Positions 23,001 through 35,000 of a DNA stretch of 64,000 nucleotides are shown piece after piece. Origin of the DNA: Callorhinchus milii (Eukaryota); contig NW_024704743.1 in assembly GCF_018977255.1 (NCBI RefSeq), positions 50,532,001 to 50,596,000 on the forward strand. The letters run 5' to 3'. The notes beneath the pieces were generated by a model. The model saw nothing but the letters and a program-made list of their open reading frames with translations. It was not told the DNA's origin and ran no database searches. The translations under genes and the position numbers were made by a program. Position 1 is the stretch's first letter. Each line of letters opens with the position of its first letter.

Positions 23001-26000
23001 AGGATTTTGGATGCCACAAGTTTAGTTAGATTTCTATGGCATAGGCCACCTTTTAAACAAATATCTTTCTTAAGGTTTCTCCCAATCTGAGTGTAACTGA
23101 AATGTTCTCAGTCTACGTGATGGCACCATGCTTGTTGCTCCTGGGAGGTGTTCAAAGTATGGGAAGTCAGTTTATAATAATAAAATTCACTTTTAGCTAA
23201 CTGAGTTACTCACTGCACTCGTATAACTCATGAGGATTGAGGAGGTGAGGATTAGTTCACAGAGTGTAGGTTTTTGTGATCTGCAAACAAAACGCATACA
23301 CACAGACACACACGCACACACACACACCAAGGCATGGTCCAAGAAGCACCAATTTTTAAATTAGTCACAGGTTGTTTTGACCCCGATTCATAGTGTAAAG
23401 TATAGAACAGTCTTCCCGCTGTACAGTACTTTGCTGCTAGCAGCACATTGTAGTATTACACACTGAGCAGCTCATTCCAGTACAGAGGCCTTTGACTACA
23501 TCCCCTGCATTTGCCAGGGGTGCAGAATGAAACCTAAAGGGGAAATGAAAAAAAACAAACTACTTTTTAAGGTTTTCATTGAAATTTGAACCAAAAGGCT
23601 GCAAAGTATTAATGCTTGCTTAAGATGGAGAAAATTCAAAAATTACCTTAAATGTTGTTTGAAAAAGGAAGTGCACGAGGAACTCGGTATTTATGAGTTA
23701 AAAGACGTGGGAAACTCTCGGCAACTGACCCTGATGGGGGCATTTTCAAGGCTGAAAACTGACACTGAGAATCAGGCATTCCAGTCTGATGACTGCAACA
23801 TTACAGTTTGTCTGGTCTGGTTATTAAGATGGACCTTGATGAGGCAGCGGGACTGGGTAGAGAGAGATACATGTTGGCTACTGGCCATTGCCCTCTGTAA
23901 CGCAGAATGACTGCCGCCAGTTATTAAAACTGGCTGAGAAAATGCTATTCTTACCAGTCGCTGATGCATTTTTAACAGTGTTCACACTTCAGGAACTCCT
24001 AGACCTACAGCATTTCGACACCCTGCAGCCTTTTGGAGCCCAGGGGATTTGCTTAGTCTAACAGCTCTAAATCTTGAGAGTAATCTGACACATGAAGTGT
24101 TTTACATTTCCAGGACCTAACACCCACACATCCAGACAGCTGGGGAGCTGCCACAGTATACTAGTCCAAGCCAGAAGACAAAACCTGCACGCACCAAATA
24201 GCTCACCATTAAGAACAGATTTGTCAAGGAGAATATTGATCAGCATTTGAGGAATTTGTTCCAATGTTTACTTTTGACATTGCACATATTTGACATTTCC
24301 TTCTCACTATAGACTTCTGAAGAGAGAGTGGTTTCTTTGCATTTATTTATTTAAAATGATTCACAGGATCAGGCACCATTAGATTAACATGGAAAATAAG
24401 AACGATGCATTTGATATAGTGCATTAGATCACATCGCAATGTCTCAAAGCGCTTCACAGGATTTTTACTTTGAAGTGTAGGGACTTATGCAGTTGTAGGC
24501 ACACCCACAGCTAATTTGTGTACAAACCTGTTCCACAAACAACAATGACCAATAATTTAATCTGGGGAAATGTTGGTCAGGACATCAGAAGAAACATCCT
24601 TCACTTTTTAAATCATAGGAATTTACTGTGGAGAAGGAGGCCATTCAGGCCATCTGGTCGGCACCAGCTCTCAGATCAATGGTGCCAAGGGACTTTTCAG
24701 CCGAACAGGCAAACAGGTCCTTGGTTTAATGTCTATGCCTGAAGGTCAGCACCTCTGACCATACAGCACTCCTCCAGCACTGTATTGGAGAGCCAGCCTG
24801 CAGTATGAGCTCAAAATCCTCATGCGGGGCTTCTGATTCACAATGAGAGTGTTAACCAAGCCAGGCTATCTATCTCTTAAAAACACGCATAATGAAAAAG
24901 GTTTTTAGTATGATTGCCCTTTTCTAGGCTTTTCTAGGCTTTGCAAATTCGATTCAACAAAGTTTCTACCAGATTACACCAGTAAGATTCTACCAGTTTA
25001 CACAATATTGTTCTTTAAGCATGCATTCGGGAGAATAAGAATGGATCCAAGAGCTCAAGACTGATTTGTTTATTTAAAGCTGCTACGCAAGGGCCCTCTC
25101 TGGCCTAGCGTAGGGAATGTGGCTCTCAAGCTAAAACTGCCACCCAGTGTTGGACTAATCCATAGAGACCAGAGGTTGCAGACTCAGTTCCTAACCATCA
25201 TTGAGCTAGATGACCAGACAGGCCTGCGGGTGGGATGTGTAAACTGGCCTTGGAGGAAAGTGCACATGTGTCAATGTCAGCTGAGGACAGATTGGTCTCA
25301 GCTGTGATGCCTTCATAGTGTAACAGCTTGTCGACACTCACTGTGTCTTAGGCATACGCATGACGAATAGCCATTTGGGAGAAGAACTAGAGGACTGCTG
25401 GTGCCTTTGGATTGGTACCCGAGAATGAGTCAGTGCCTTCGAAAGAGGAGTCAGGGAGAAATAGGCAGCCAAAAACACAGCTGTTCAGCAGCTGGAAAGA
25501 AATGTGGAGGCAGAGAAGCAAGTCTTTGAGAAAGAAAGTCACTGGTGGAATTGTTTGTAGTATAGAGAAATAATTTTACCCTCAGACACAGAACAGCCCA
25601 ATTTATCAGGACAATGAGTGGACATATATGGCTGAGTACGTTTTAAAACCAATGTGTGTATGAGTATCTGTGTGTGTGTGTCTGTCCTAAACATGCCACC
25701 TCACATACCCTGATCCTGTGTCTGCTTGTTCTGCTGCTTTTAAGTATTTTACATATCATTCTGGGTTCACAAAACGTTCACAATAAAATTGATCATTCAC
25801 TTCATGGCTGTTTGTGGGGCATTGCTGTGCGCAAATTAGCTGCTGTGTTCACCGAGTCAATGCACTTTACAGTATCCTGTGAAAAGCTTGATACATCCTC
25901 CCGATGTGAAAGGCACTATATCAAATGCAAGTATTTTTACTTTCTCTATCCCAGCATGTTACACAGCTCAATAGGGCTCCCTCCAATGCATCTGTTTTTA

Positions 26001-29000
26001 AAACTAAAGAGCTTTGGCTTATTGCACCTTACCTCATAGCTCATCTCATAAAATGCTGGGATCAGTCACTGTTCTCTGCACAGTGTATTGGGTGTGTGTT
26101 GGTGTGGTTTGCTTATTTTACAGTGACCGGGGAGGGCCCTTGTATAGTATGAGTGTGCCTTCTGGGGATCTAAACTTAAATAACTTGGCAATGTGGCCGA
26201 ACACACTGTACATTTATTTGTTGTTGACTCACTGTGTTTGAACGTGCTGAAACTCCACGAGGAAGGCCTTTGGCAAAAATAAACACTTTTACGCCTTGGA
26301 GGATGAGTTGCCAATTGATGGACTTACATGTGCAATGTTTTGGACAAATAAATAAAAGTCTCTTGGATCTGTAATAAAAAAAACATGCTGACAGCTACAC
26401 TCATGCGAAATAATGCCATTGTAGGAGAAATGGCCTGAGAGGTAAGAGAGACAGTATCCAGCTGAGTGGTGCAAAAAGGTCACCACAGGAGCAGTCTCTT
26501 GTTCTCTGCCACGTCACTGTATCTGTAGGTGTGTCGGGGTGGGGAAGAGGCACTTAGTGTAGCCTAGGGTACCACTTGCATGAAGGTGGATGTTTGCTTA
26601 AGTATGAAAATGTGAGGGGAAGAGTGGGGAATGCTTTCAAAGTTAAAATTCAGGCATACTGTTAAGGGAAAATGCATGGAAATCCAGTCAATGACTTTCA
26701 AAGCTGCAAAAAATAAAGTGCCCAATTCCCTCACTCTGGAGTCATGCACCTTAATGAACACCAAAGACAAACAGAATGAACTTCACAGGAACTAGGGTTG
26801 GCAGCAACTCTACTCGGTATCTCTGCATATTGAGAAGAGAGCTGGAAGACAGACACGGTGGATCTTCGGTGCATTTCAAATCATCAAATCACAGGGGTAT
26901 ATCGTCCGGAAGACAGAAAAGGATTTTATGCATTCAGACGAAAGGAGAATGCTGACAGAAGCAATTACCTAGACGGAGTCCTGCAACAACAACAACAACA
27001 ACAAGAAGATTCCATTTATAAAGCGCCTTTCACGTCAGGAGGACGTCCCAAGGCGCTGCACAGTTGGGTCATGACCCGAGCAGGGGGGAAATGGTCAGGG
27101 TGAGGGGAGGGAAGGGAGGGAGCAAGGAGGGGGGAATGGTCAGGGTGAGGGGAGGGAAGGGAGGGAGCGAGGAGGGGGAAGAGAGTCGAGAGGGGAGCTG
27201 AAGGCACGGTCAAAGAGAAAGGTTTTGAGACCGGCCTTGAAGGAGGAAAGGGAGGAAGCAAGGCGAAGGCACTGGGAGATGGAGTTCCAGAGCCTGGGGG
27301 CTGAGAGGCTGAAGGCCCGACCACCGATGGTAGGGCGGTTGGGGCGGGGGACGTGGAGCAGACCAGAGCCAGAGGAACGGAGGGTACGGGCAGGTAGGTA
27401 GGGGATAGTAGGTTGGAGAGGTAGGAGGGAGCGAGGCCGTGAATGGCCTTGTAGGTGAGGATGAGGATCTTGAAATCAATCCTCTGGGGGATGGGGAGCC
27501 AGTGGAGGCGAGCGAGGTGGGAGTGATGTGGTCCGAAGCCTGGTGCAGGACAGTACACGAGCTGCAGAGTTCTGAATGACCTGCAGCTTGTGGAGGGAGG
27601 TGGCGGGAAGGCCGGCGAGGAGAGAGTTCCCATAGTCCAGCCTTGAGGTGACAAAGGCGTGGACCAGGGTTTCAGCAGCGTGAGGGGTGAGGTAATGCCG
27701 TAGTCTGGCGATGTTCCGGAGGTGATGGAAGGCGGTGCCAGCTGTGGTGCGGATGTGAGGGAGAAAGGACAGCTCAGTGCAACTCAGTGGTTAGAGCACT
27801 TGCTTTGTAAGTGAGAGACCTGAGTTCAATTCCAGGCAGGGCGAAACCTTGGGCAAGTTTCCTTACTCCACACGCCTAATAATAATCCCACCAAAACAAA
27901 ACAATAATAAATTGGTTATTTTCAATCCATGACTGTTTGTGGGACATTGCTGTGCGCAATTGGCTGCTGCGTTCGCCCACAAATATACAGTCAATTCACT
28001 TTACAGTATATTCTGTGAAGCGCTTTGGGACGTCTAGAAGACGTGAAAAGCGCTATATCAAATGCAAGAATTATTATTATTATTATTATGGTGTCGCTCA
28101 GACTTGACTGGAAAACAAACTCTTGCCATTTTGAGCAAAATAAAATCCTGATCTATCTGCACACTGTAAACTCAGATTTCAGGAAGAAAACAGAATGGCT
28201 TTTGTGAAAGTCAGTGACTGAATACTCCTGAATTGCTGATGCCAGGTCCCAGTCCCATTATTTGTTGGCCTGGCATTCTGTTTATTTTACAATTGACATA
28301 CTAATTACATTATGCCTACAGCATGTGACTTTCACTTTGTTAAACAGGCCAGCCTGTTTTCATTATATTATATATAGGTACTGTAGCTTTTGTATTCACT
28401 TGCAGACTTGTACAATGCATTAAACACGTCAGAAATGAGCTGGACCACATCGAGACATGGGAAAGGAATTAAAGTGTCCAACCTCAGGTCTCAGGGCTTA
28501 AAAAGTTCATAGCATTAGGATTAATGTCATAATATCTTTGCCCCGCATGTTCCAAATGCTGATACAAAAGTCCTTAATAGGCACTTAGGTTTTTGATGTC
28601 CAACACACAATCTTACATAGTTACTGCAAAAGAAAATACTTTCACTTCACAAATCATGCATGCTATACTCTTTTTGACATTTTTACATGGAAAAATTAGC
28701 GCACAGTGTAATAATGGGTTATTAAAAAGTTATTTCTTAGCAGTAATTGCTGTTTCATGGTGTACACCAAATTTATATAACAAATGTTTTAAAGCCCCCA
28801 AATACCAACAGGTTTTACAATATCTAGAACCATTATCAACCATGCTAGCAACACATAATGAGAGGGAGGGGCATTTTGGTTAACAAGTTAATACTTGGTG
28901 CTTTCAAATGTTAGGTGTAAACAGCAATAAGTTCAAATTTCAGTAAATTATAATTTGTTCAGCTGCATTCAGTTCTTACCTGGCAGGGCAAGCCTGTACA

Positions 29001-32000
29001 TTGCAGGAGATCACACCCGTAGCTGGCCGGCTCCTCGGGTTACAGAATGAGAGGTTTACTTGGACTCGAAGATCCCGGTAACAAGCTAATCTGGTTGCCA
29101 TCTGACCTAATAGTGAACAGAAGTACATTCCTATATTTAATAATAGTAATCCTTGCATTTCTTATTATCTTATTACACTGCTGAGACGTCTCAAAGCACA
29201 TCACAGGATAGATTGTAAAGTGGATTGAGTGTGTATTTTGTGGGCGAATCACAACAGCCAGTTTGCGTACAGGAATGTCCAACAGACAGTCATGGAGTGA
29301 GTGACCAACCAATATATCTCAACAAAACCGAGAGACAATCATTTTGAAATGAGTCTTTGAAGGATGTTGGCTAGTTTTTATATGTGGCGATGGTTCATTT
29401 TCAAATAATCATTTTGAAAGCCTCCTGGTGTATGCTGAAGAAAAAATAACCTGAGACAAGCCATCATGTGCTGCTGTCGAGCCCAGTTAATGAACTAATG
29501 AACTCTTACTCAGAGGCCACCCTTACATAAAGGCCACTTTGCTCTAGTTCCCTGAATGTGGTTGCTGAAAACAACAGGTTTGACTGTATTAACTGTTTTG
29601 AACAAGAAAGGGCAGTTAAGTCCTATCTCTACAGCTGAATTTACTCTGAATGATTAGATTGAACTGCTACTGAGTATGCTCCAAGTATGCTAGACTGACC
29701 ACTGACCTAGAGTGGTTACTGCTCGATTCCCTTCCCCCCCCTAAGGAAATAACTTCCATGCCTGAAGCCCGGAATCAAGGGTACAACACTACACCTACAT
29801 CCATAGCCCAGCACCAGCCCTGGTACAGATTAGTCAGGAAATATCATAGTGTAGATTTATGCTCCAGGTGTGCTGATCATTGTTCTCTCAAAAGCATTGG
29901 GTACTATACAGATTGTGTGTACCAGTTTTATTTACCTGGTGTCGATTACAGGAGAATGTAAAAATGACAGATGTGGGTCTCCATTTTCCTCCTTCGCAAA
30001 TGTGTCTCCAAATCCCATTTATAAAAACACAGGAGCCAGGAAAATCATAGGCACCTACCTTCCTGTGATTCATTTTTTTGGGTGGATCATATATCCTTCA
30101 GTTTGTTATATTTCTTATCATTTCCTGTGTTCAGCCTCAAAGACTTTTCCAGATGTAATTCATCAAGCAATCGAATGACTGTGTTACTGTGCATTAATTA
30201 CTAATTTGGACACAATGTAGGTTGTAGTAAATCCAGGGATCGATTTTTTGCATTTCATTACCAAAAACAAATCACGATAAACCCAACAACTACAACTAGC
30301 ATTTATATAGCGTCCATTCATGCCAGATGGCGTCTCGGAGCGCTTAAACCCAGAATTCATAGGAATGTAGCCAATTAATCCCATGTGCTTCACAGTTTTA
30401 ATGTCTTCCAGAAGTAAAACAATTATCAGCGTGAAGCCTTATTTAGATTTTCATTCCTAATCACAATGGTTAGCGGCTGGGGAGGAGCTCTGTGTGTGCA
30501 CACATATATATATATATATATATATGCAATACAAATTTACATTTCCGTGAATATGGGCAGAAATACATATCCATATATTGGCAGAACTCTGAGATCAGGT
30601 GTTTGGTTTTTTAATGCCATTTCTGCATTTCATTTTCAAGCGTGAGGAGTGCTATAAATATGCACGTTGTTGTTTTTGTTCTGACTAGAGCCTGATTTGC
30701 ATTTGTAATACAGCGCTGGGAATTATTGTGTTGATGAAGCCACCTCCTGAGCCATAGAAATTTGCAGCACAGAAGGCCATGTCGGCACATCATATCAGTG
30801 GTGGCTCTTTGAAGGTGTTCAGTACAGCAGCTCTCTTTCACCCGGTGACTCAAAAAATTCAACTTTACCATGTACAGGGAATTCATTCCGCTTTTAGGCA
30901 ATTTAAGATAGAAAGTGTGAAGCTTGAGGATCAAACATGAGGCTAATGTTCTTGAACCTGACTTGAGATTTAGATTAATTTCCTGTTGAAATACATGCTT
31001 GATATACGTTCTTAATATATTATGCTCATCATTTTTATTTAAAGTCATAGTAATTTAGCAAAGCAGTCTTGAAACACAGAACGTTCAGGTTAGGGTCTAG
31101 CATTTATAGATTCTCGTAACGAGACATTCTTCAAAGTCGTAACATTTTAATGATAGCTGAGCTGTGAGCTCCTGAGTGTAGCTGGCAACAGGGGGCTGGA
31201 TATCATTGAAGAAATAAACATAAACGAAAATAAAGTTCCCACAAGTACGGGAACTCAGTTTATCTCTCCAGCAAGCAGGGTTTATGGAAAAACACTTTGC
31301 TGCTCAATTCTAAGACTTTTTAAAGGGTTCATACATTTTCTTTAAAAAAAATTACATGATCAATAGAAAAATAACAAGAAACACTTGTCAAGTAAAATTC
31401 AAAGTCTCTCTCTTCAACAGGGTCATGTTTGCTGAAATCCCTTTTCCACCACATTTCTACTTGACCGCTTTCTTGTTCACTTTCACTGGGAGCAGGGATT
31501 CTTTTCACTGAGCTGCTATTAACCCTGCAAGCCAAATCCCAACGTGTAGGGTGGTCCTAGCTGGACAAGCAGCAGAAAGTGTACCAGATGGCATTTTCAA
31601 AGCCATGTGTTATATATTTGAAAAATTCACTCGTTCCATTCCTCTCTCAATCCTCAAATTTGTGAAGACCTTGGCTGTTAAGTCTAAGTAAATACGAATA
31701 CAATCGGGAGTGGAGTCAGGAGAGCGCGGGGCGGAGCTGAGGTGGAGCTGTGGGTATAAAGCCCAGCCAGGTGAGGAGCCACTCAATCGGGAGCGGAGTC
31801 AGGAGAGAGCGGAGGGGGCGTGTAAGTGACGAGGCGGCACTGATTCACAAAGTGACGTCACAGTTAAAGAAAACAGCAACCCTCTCTCCTCCACCAAGCC
31901 CTCAACCATCCTCTACTGCCCTTCTAAAAGACCCTCACAAAGGCCCTAACATCATCAAACATCCTATCCCTCTGGCCTTCCACCAGCGGAGATCCTGAAG

Positions 32001-35000
32001 CTGCTCCATGATTGCCTCTCCTCTACCTTCAACTCCCTCGTCCCCCTGAAATCCAGGATCATCTCCAAACCCACCTGTTCCCCTAGTACAACAACCATCT
32101 CTGCCGCCTAAAAACCCAAACCCGGCTGGCGTGCAGATGGCGGAAAACTGGCCTGATAGTTCACTGCCAACTGTGGCTCGAGCATCTCCACAGCTACCGC
32201 TGTTCCTTGACACGTGCAAAAACGGCCTTCTACCCCAACATCATCTTGGAGGCTAAAAACAATACTACCTCCTCTGTGCTCCTCCTCAGGCCTCCTCAAT
32301 CTTCATATCAAATGCCAAGTGCGAGGAGGTCATGGACATTTTCATCTAAAATACACAACATCCTCCAGGCAGCCTCATCCACCTGCCGCTTGTCACCCAC
32401 CACCATGCCCTCTCTGTCCCCCTCACCCTCCCCATCATCCATGCTACATTCCTTCCTCCCCATCTCTCCCTCCTCCCTCTCACCCACCATCACCTCCTCG
32501 ATCCCCTCACCACCAACTTGCTGGTCACCCAGCTCCCCCTCCTCTGCCCACTACTAGCTGATGTCATCAACCAGTCCCTCTCCTCCGGATCAGTCCCTGC
32601 CCTCCTCAAAACTGCTGTCATCACCCCCCTCCTCAAAAAAACGTCTTCCATCACCTCCGAAACATCGCCAGTCTACGGCACTACCTCACCCCTCACGCTG
32701 TTGAAACTCTGATCCATGCCTTTGTCACCTCAAGGCTGGACTATGGGAACTCTCTCCTCGCCGGCCTTCCCGGCACCTCCCTCCACAAGCTGCAGGTCAT
32801 TCAGAACTCTGCAGCTCGTGTACTGTCCCGCACCAGGCTCCGGGACCACATCACTCCCACCCTCGCTCGCCTCCACTGGTTCCCCATCCCCCAGAGGATC
32901 GAATTCAAGATCCTCACCCATTCACGGCCTTGCTCCCTCCTATCTCTCCGACCTACTATTCCCCTACCTACCTGCCCGTACCCTCCGTTCCTCTGGCTCC
33001 GGTCTGCTGCACATTCCCTGCCCCAACTGCCCTACCATCGGTGGACGGGCCTTCAGCCTCTCAGCCCCGAGGCTCTGGAACTCCATCCCCCAGTGCCTTC
33101 GCCGCTTCCTCCCTTTCCTCCTTCAAGGCCGGTCTCAAGACCTTTCTCTTTGACCGTGCCTTCAGCTCCCCTCTCGACTCTCTACCCTCTCCTCGCCCCC
33201 TCCCTTCCCTCCCTTCACCCTGACCATTTCCCCCCTCCTCGCTCTCTCCCTTCCCTCCCCTCACCCTGACTATTTCCCCCCTGCTCGTGTCCTGACCCAA
33301 CTGTCCAGCGCCTTGGGACGTCCTCCCGACGTGAAAGGCGCTCTATAAATGGAATCTTGTTGTTGTTGTTGTCAATGTCTAAAATCTCACGGTTCTTACC
33401 TCCTCCACTCCTTCACCTACCCGAATGCCCCATAAAACTCTCTGAACCCGTAAGCAACCTAGGCGTCAGGTTCGACCCCAAATTATCCTTCCTCCCTCAC
33501 ATCTGGTTTCTCACCAGTACTGCTTTCTTCCACCTCCGACGCATCGTCTGTCTCCACCAATACCTCTCTCTGAAAGCTGCTGAAACCCCGGTCCATGCCT
33601 TTGTCACCTCTCGGCTCAACTATTCAAACGCTGTCCTCGCCGGTCTCCCCTCCATTACCATCCATAAAATCCAGATCATTCAAAACGCTGCCGCCCGTAT
33701 TCTCACCCGCACCAAACTCCGCTCCCCGATCACCCCAGTCCTTGCCAGACTGCACTGGCTGCCTATCCCAGAGAGGATCAATTTCAAGATCCTCACCATT
33801 GTCTTCAAATCCCTCCGCTCCTCTGCACCTCTCTGACCTCCTCTCTCCTCAAAACAGTACCTGTGGCCTTCATTCCTCTGGGTCTGGCCTCCTTCTTGTC
33901 TCCCGAGTCCTCCGCTCCACCCTCGGCGGCCGTGCCTTCAGCCACTATGCCCCGAGGCTCTGGAACTCCCTTCCTCACTCCCTTCGCCGCGCCCCCTCTC
34001 TTCCTAATTTCAGGTCCCTGCTGAAGACCTTTCTTTTCGACCGCGCCTTTGGTCATCTTCCTCCCCCTCCCCCTGGCTCGTCCCTGGGATCTGTTACTGT
34101 GAAGCACTCTGGGACGCCATCCGGCGTGGAAGGCGCTATATAAATCCATGTTGTTGTTGTTGTTGTCTGTTTAATTTCACCCACTTAGCTGTTTTTACAG
34201 TAGTATTTTGTCCAAAGCCAGATCACATTAATTTTGTAAGAACAGCAACTTGCACTTATCTCATACATTACACGGAAGATGAACAACAACAAATGCTTGA
34301 ACGTTGTACAATATGTCACAGAGATGATGGGGATCCACAAGCGGGGAGAATGGGGATATTAAGGGTGTCGACCGAAGGTATGGTCAAAAAAAATAAGTTT
34401 ATAGGAGGATTTTGAAGGCGGAAGGTAAGAAGCGAGACAAAGAGAGTTCCAGAGATTGGGAGCATTGTGGCTGAAGGCACGATCACCAATAATGGGATAG
34501 AGGGAGAGAGGTTAAAGCAGTGACTAGAGGAACTTAACGTTATATGTTAGTAGCATTTAATCACAAATTGTACCATATCACTTTGAAATGACAAAATAAC
34601 AATAACTCTCACATTTTTTGTGCTCATGGATTTTATATTTAATATCACTCAGTTTGTTCTTTGGTAAACTACCTCTCCTTCATCGTGTGCCTGGTAATGT
34701 GAATGTAATTGAACACTAGGTTTCAGCTTACTAGTAAGCATATCGTTTTTTTTAAAAAAAGTAATAAAGTCACACAATGGAACTAACTGATGAGCTACTT
34801 TACTTTGGCTACATTGCTGACCTTTCTCTGCAATAAAACGGTTGCACTGCACTTGAACCTTGTGGGAAAGCTGTTCGTTGGCATATATGCCAGCAACCTC
34901 TCCAACAAACCTCACACAGGGTGATGCACATTTCTAGACCCTTTTGAGTTTTTTGTTGCACAAAGTAAGAAAGGTCTCTAAACCTGACCTCGCAGGGACA

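Noticed and set aside
27082..27180. G-rich tandem duplication with G-quadruplex potential
   Set aside because: Part of the L2 3' UTR polypurine tract, also seen in other copies (33180-33285); no locus-specific signal.
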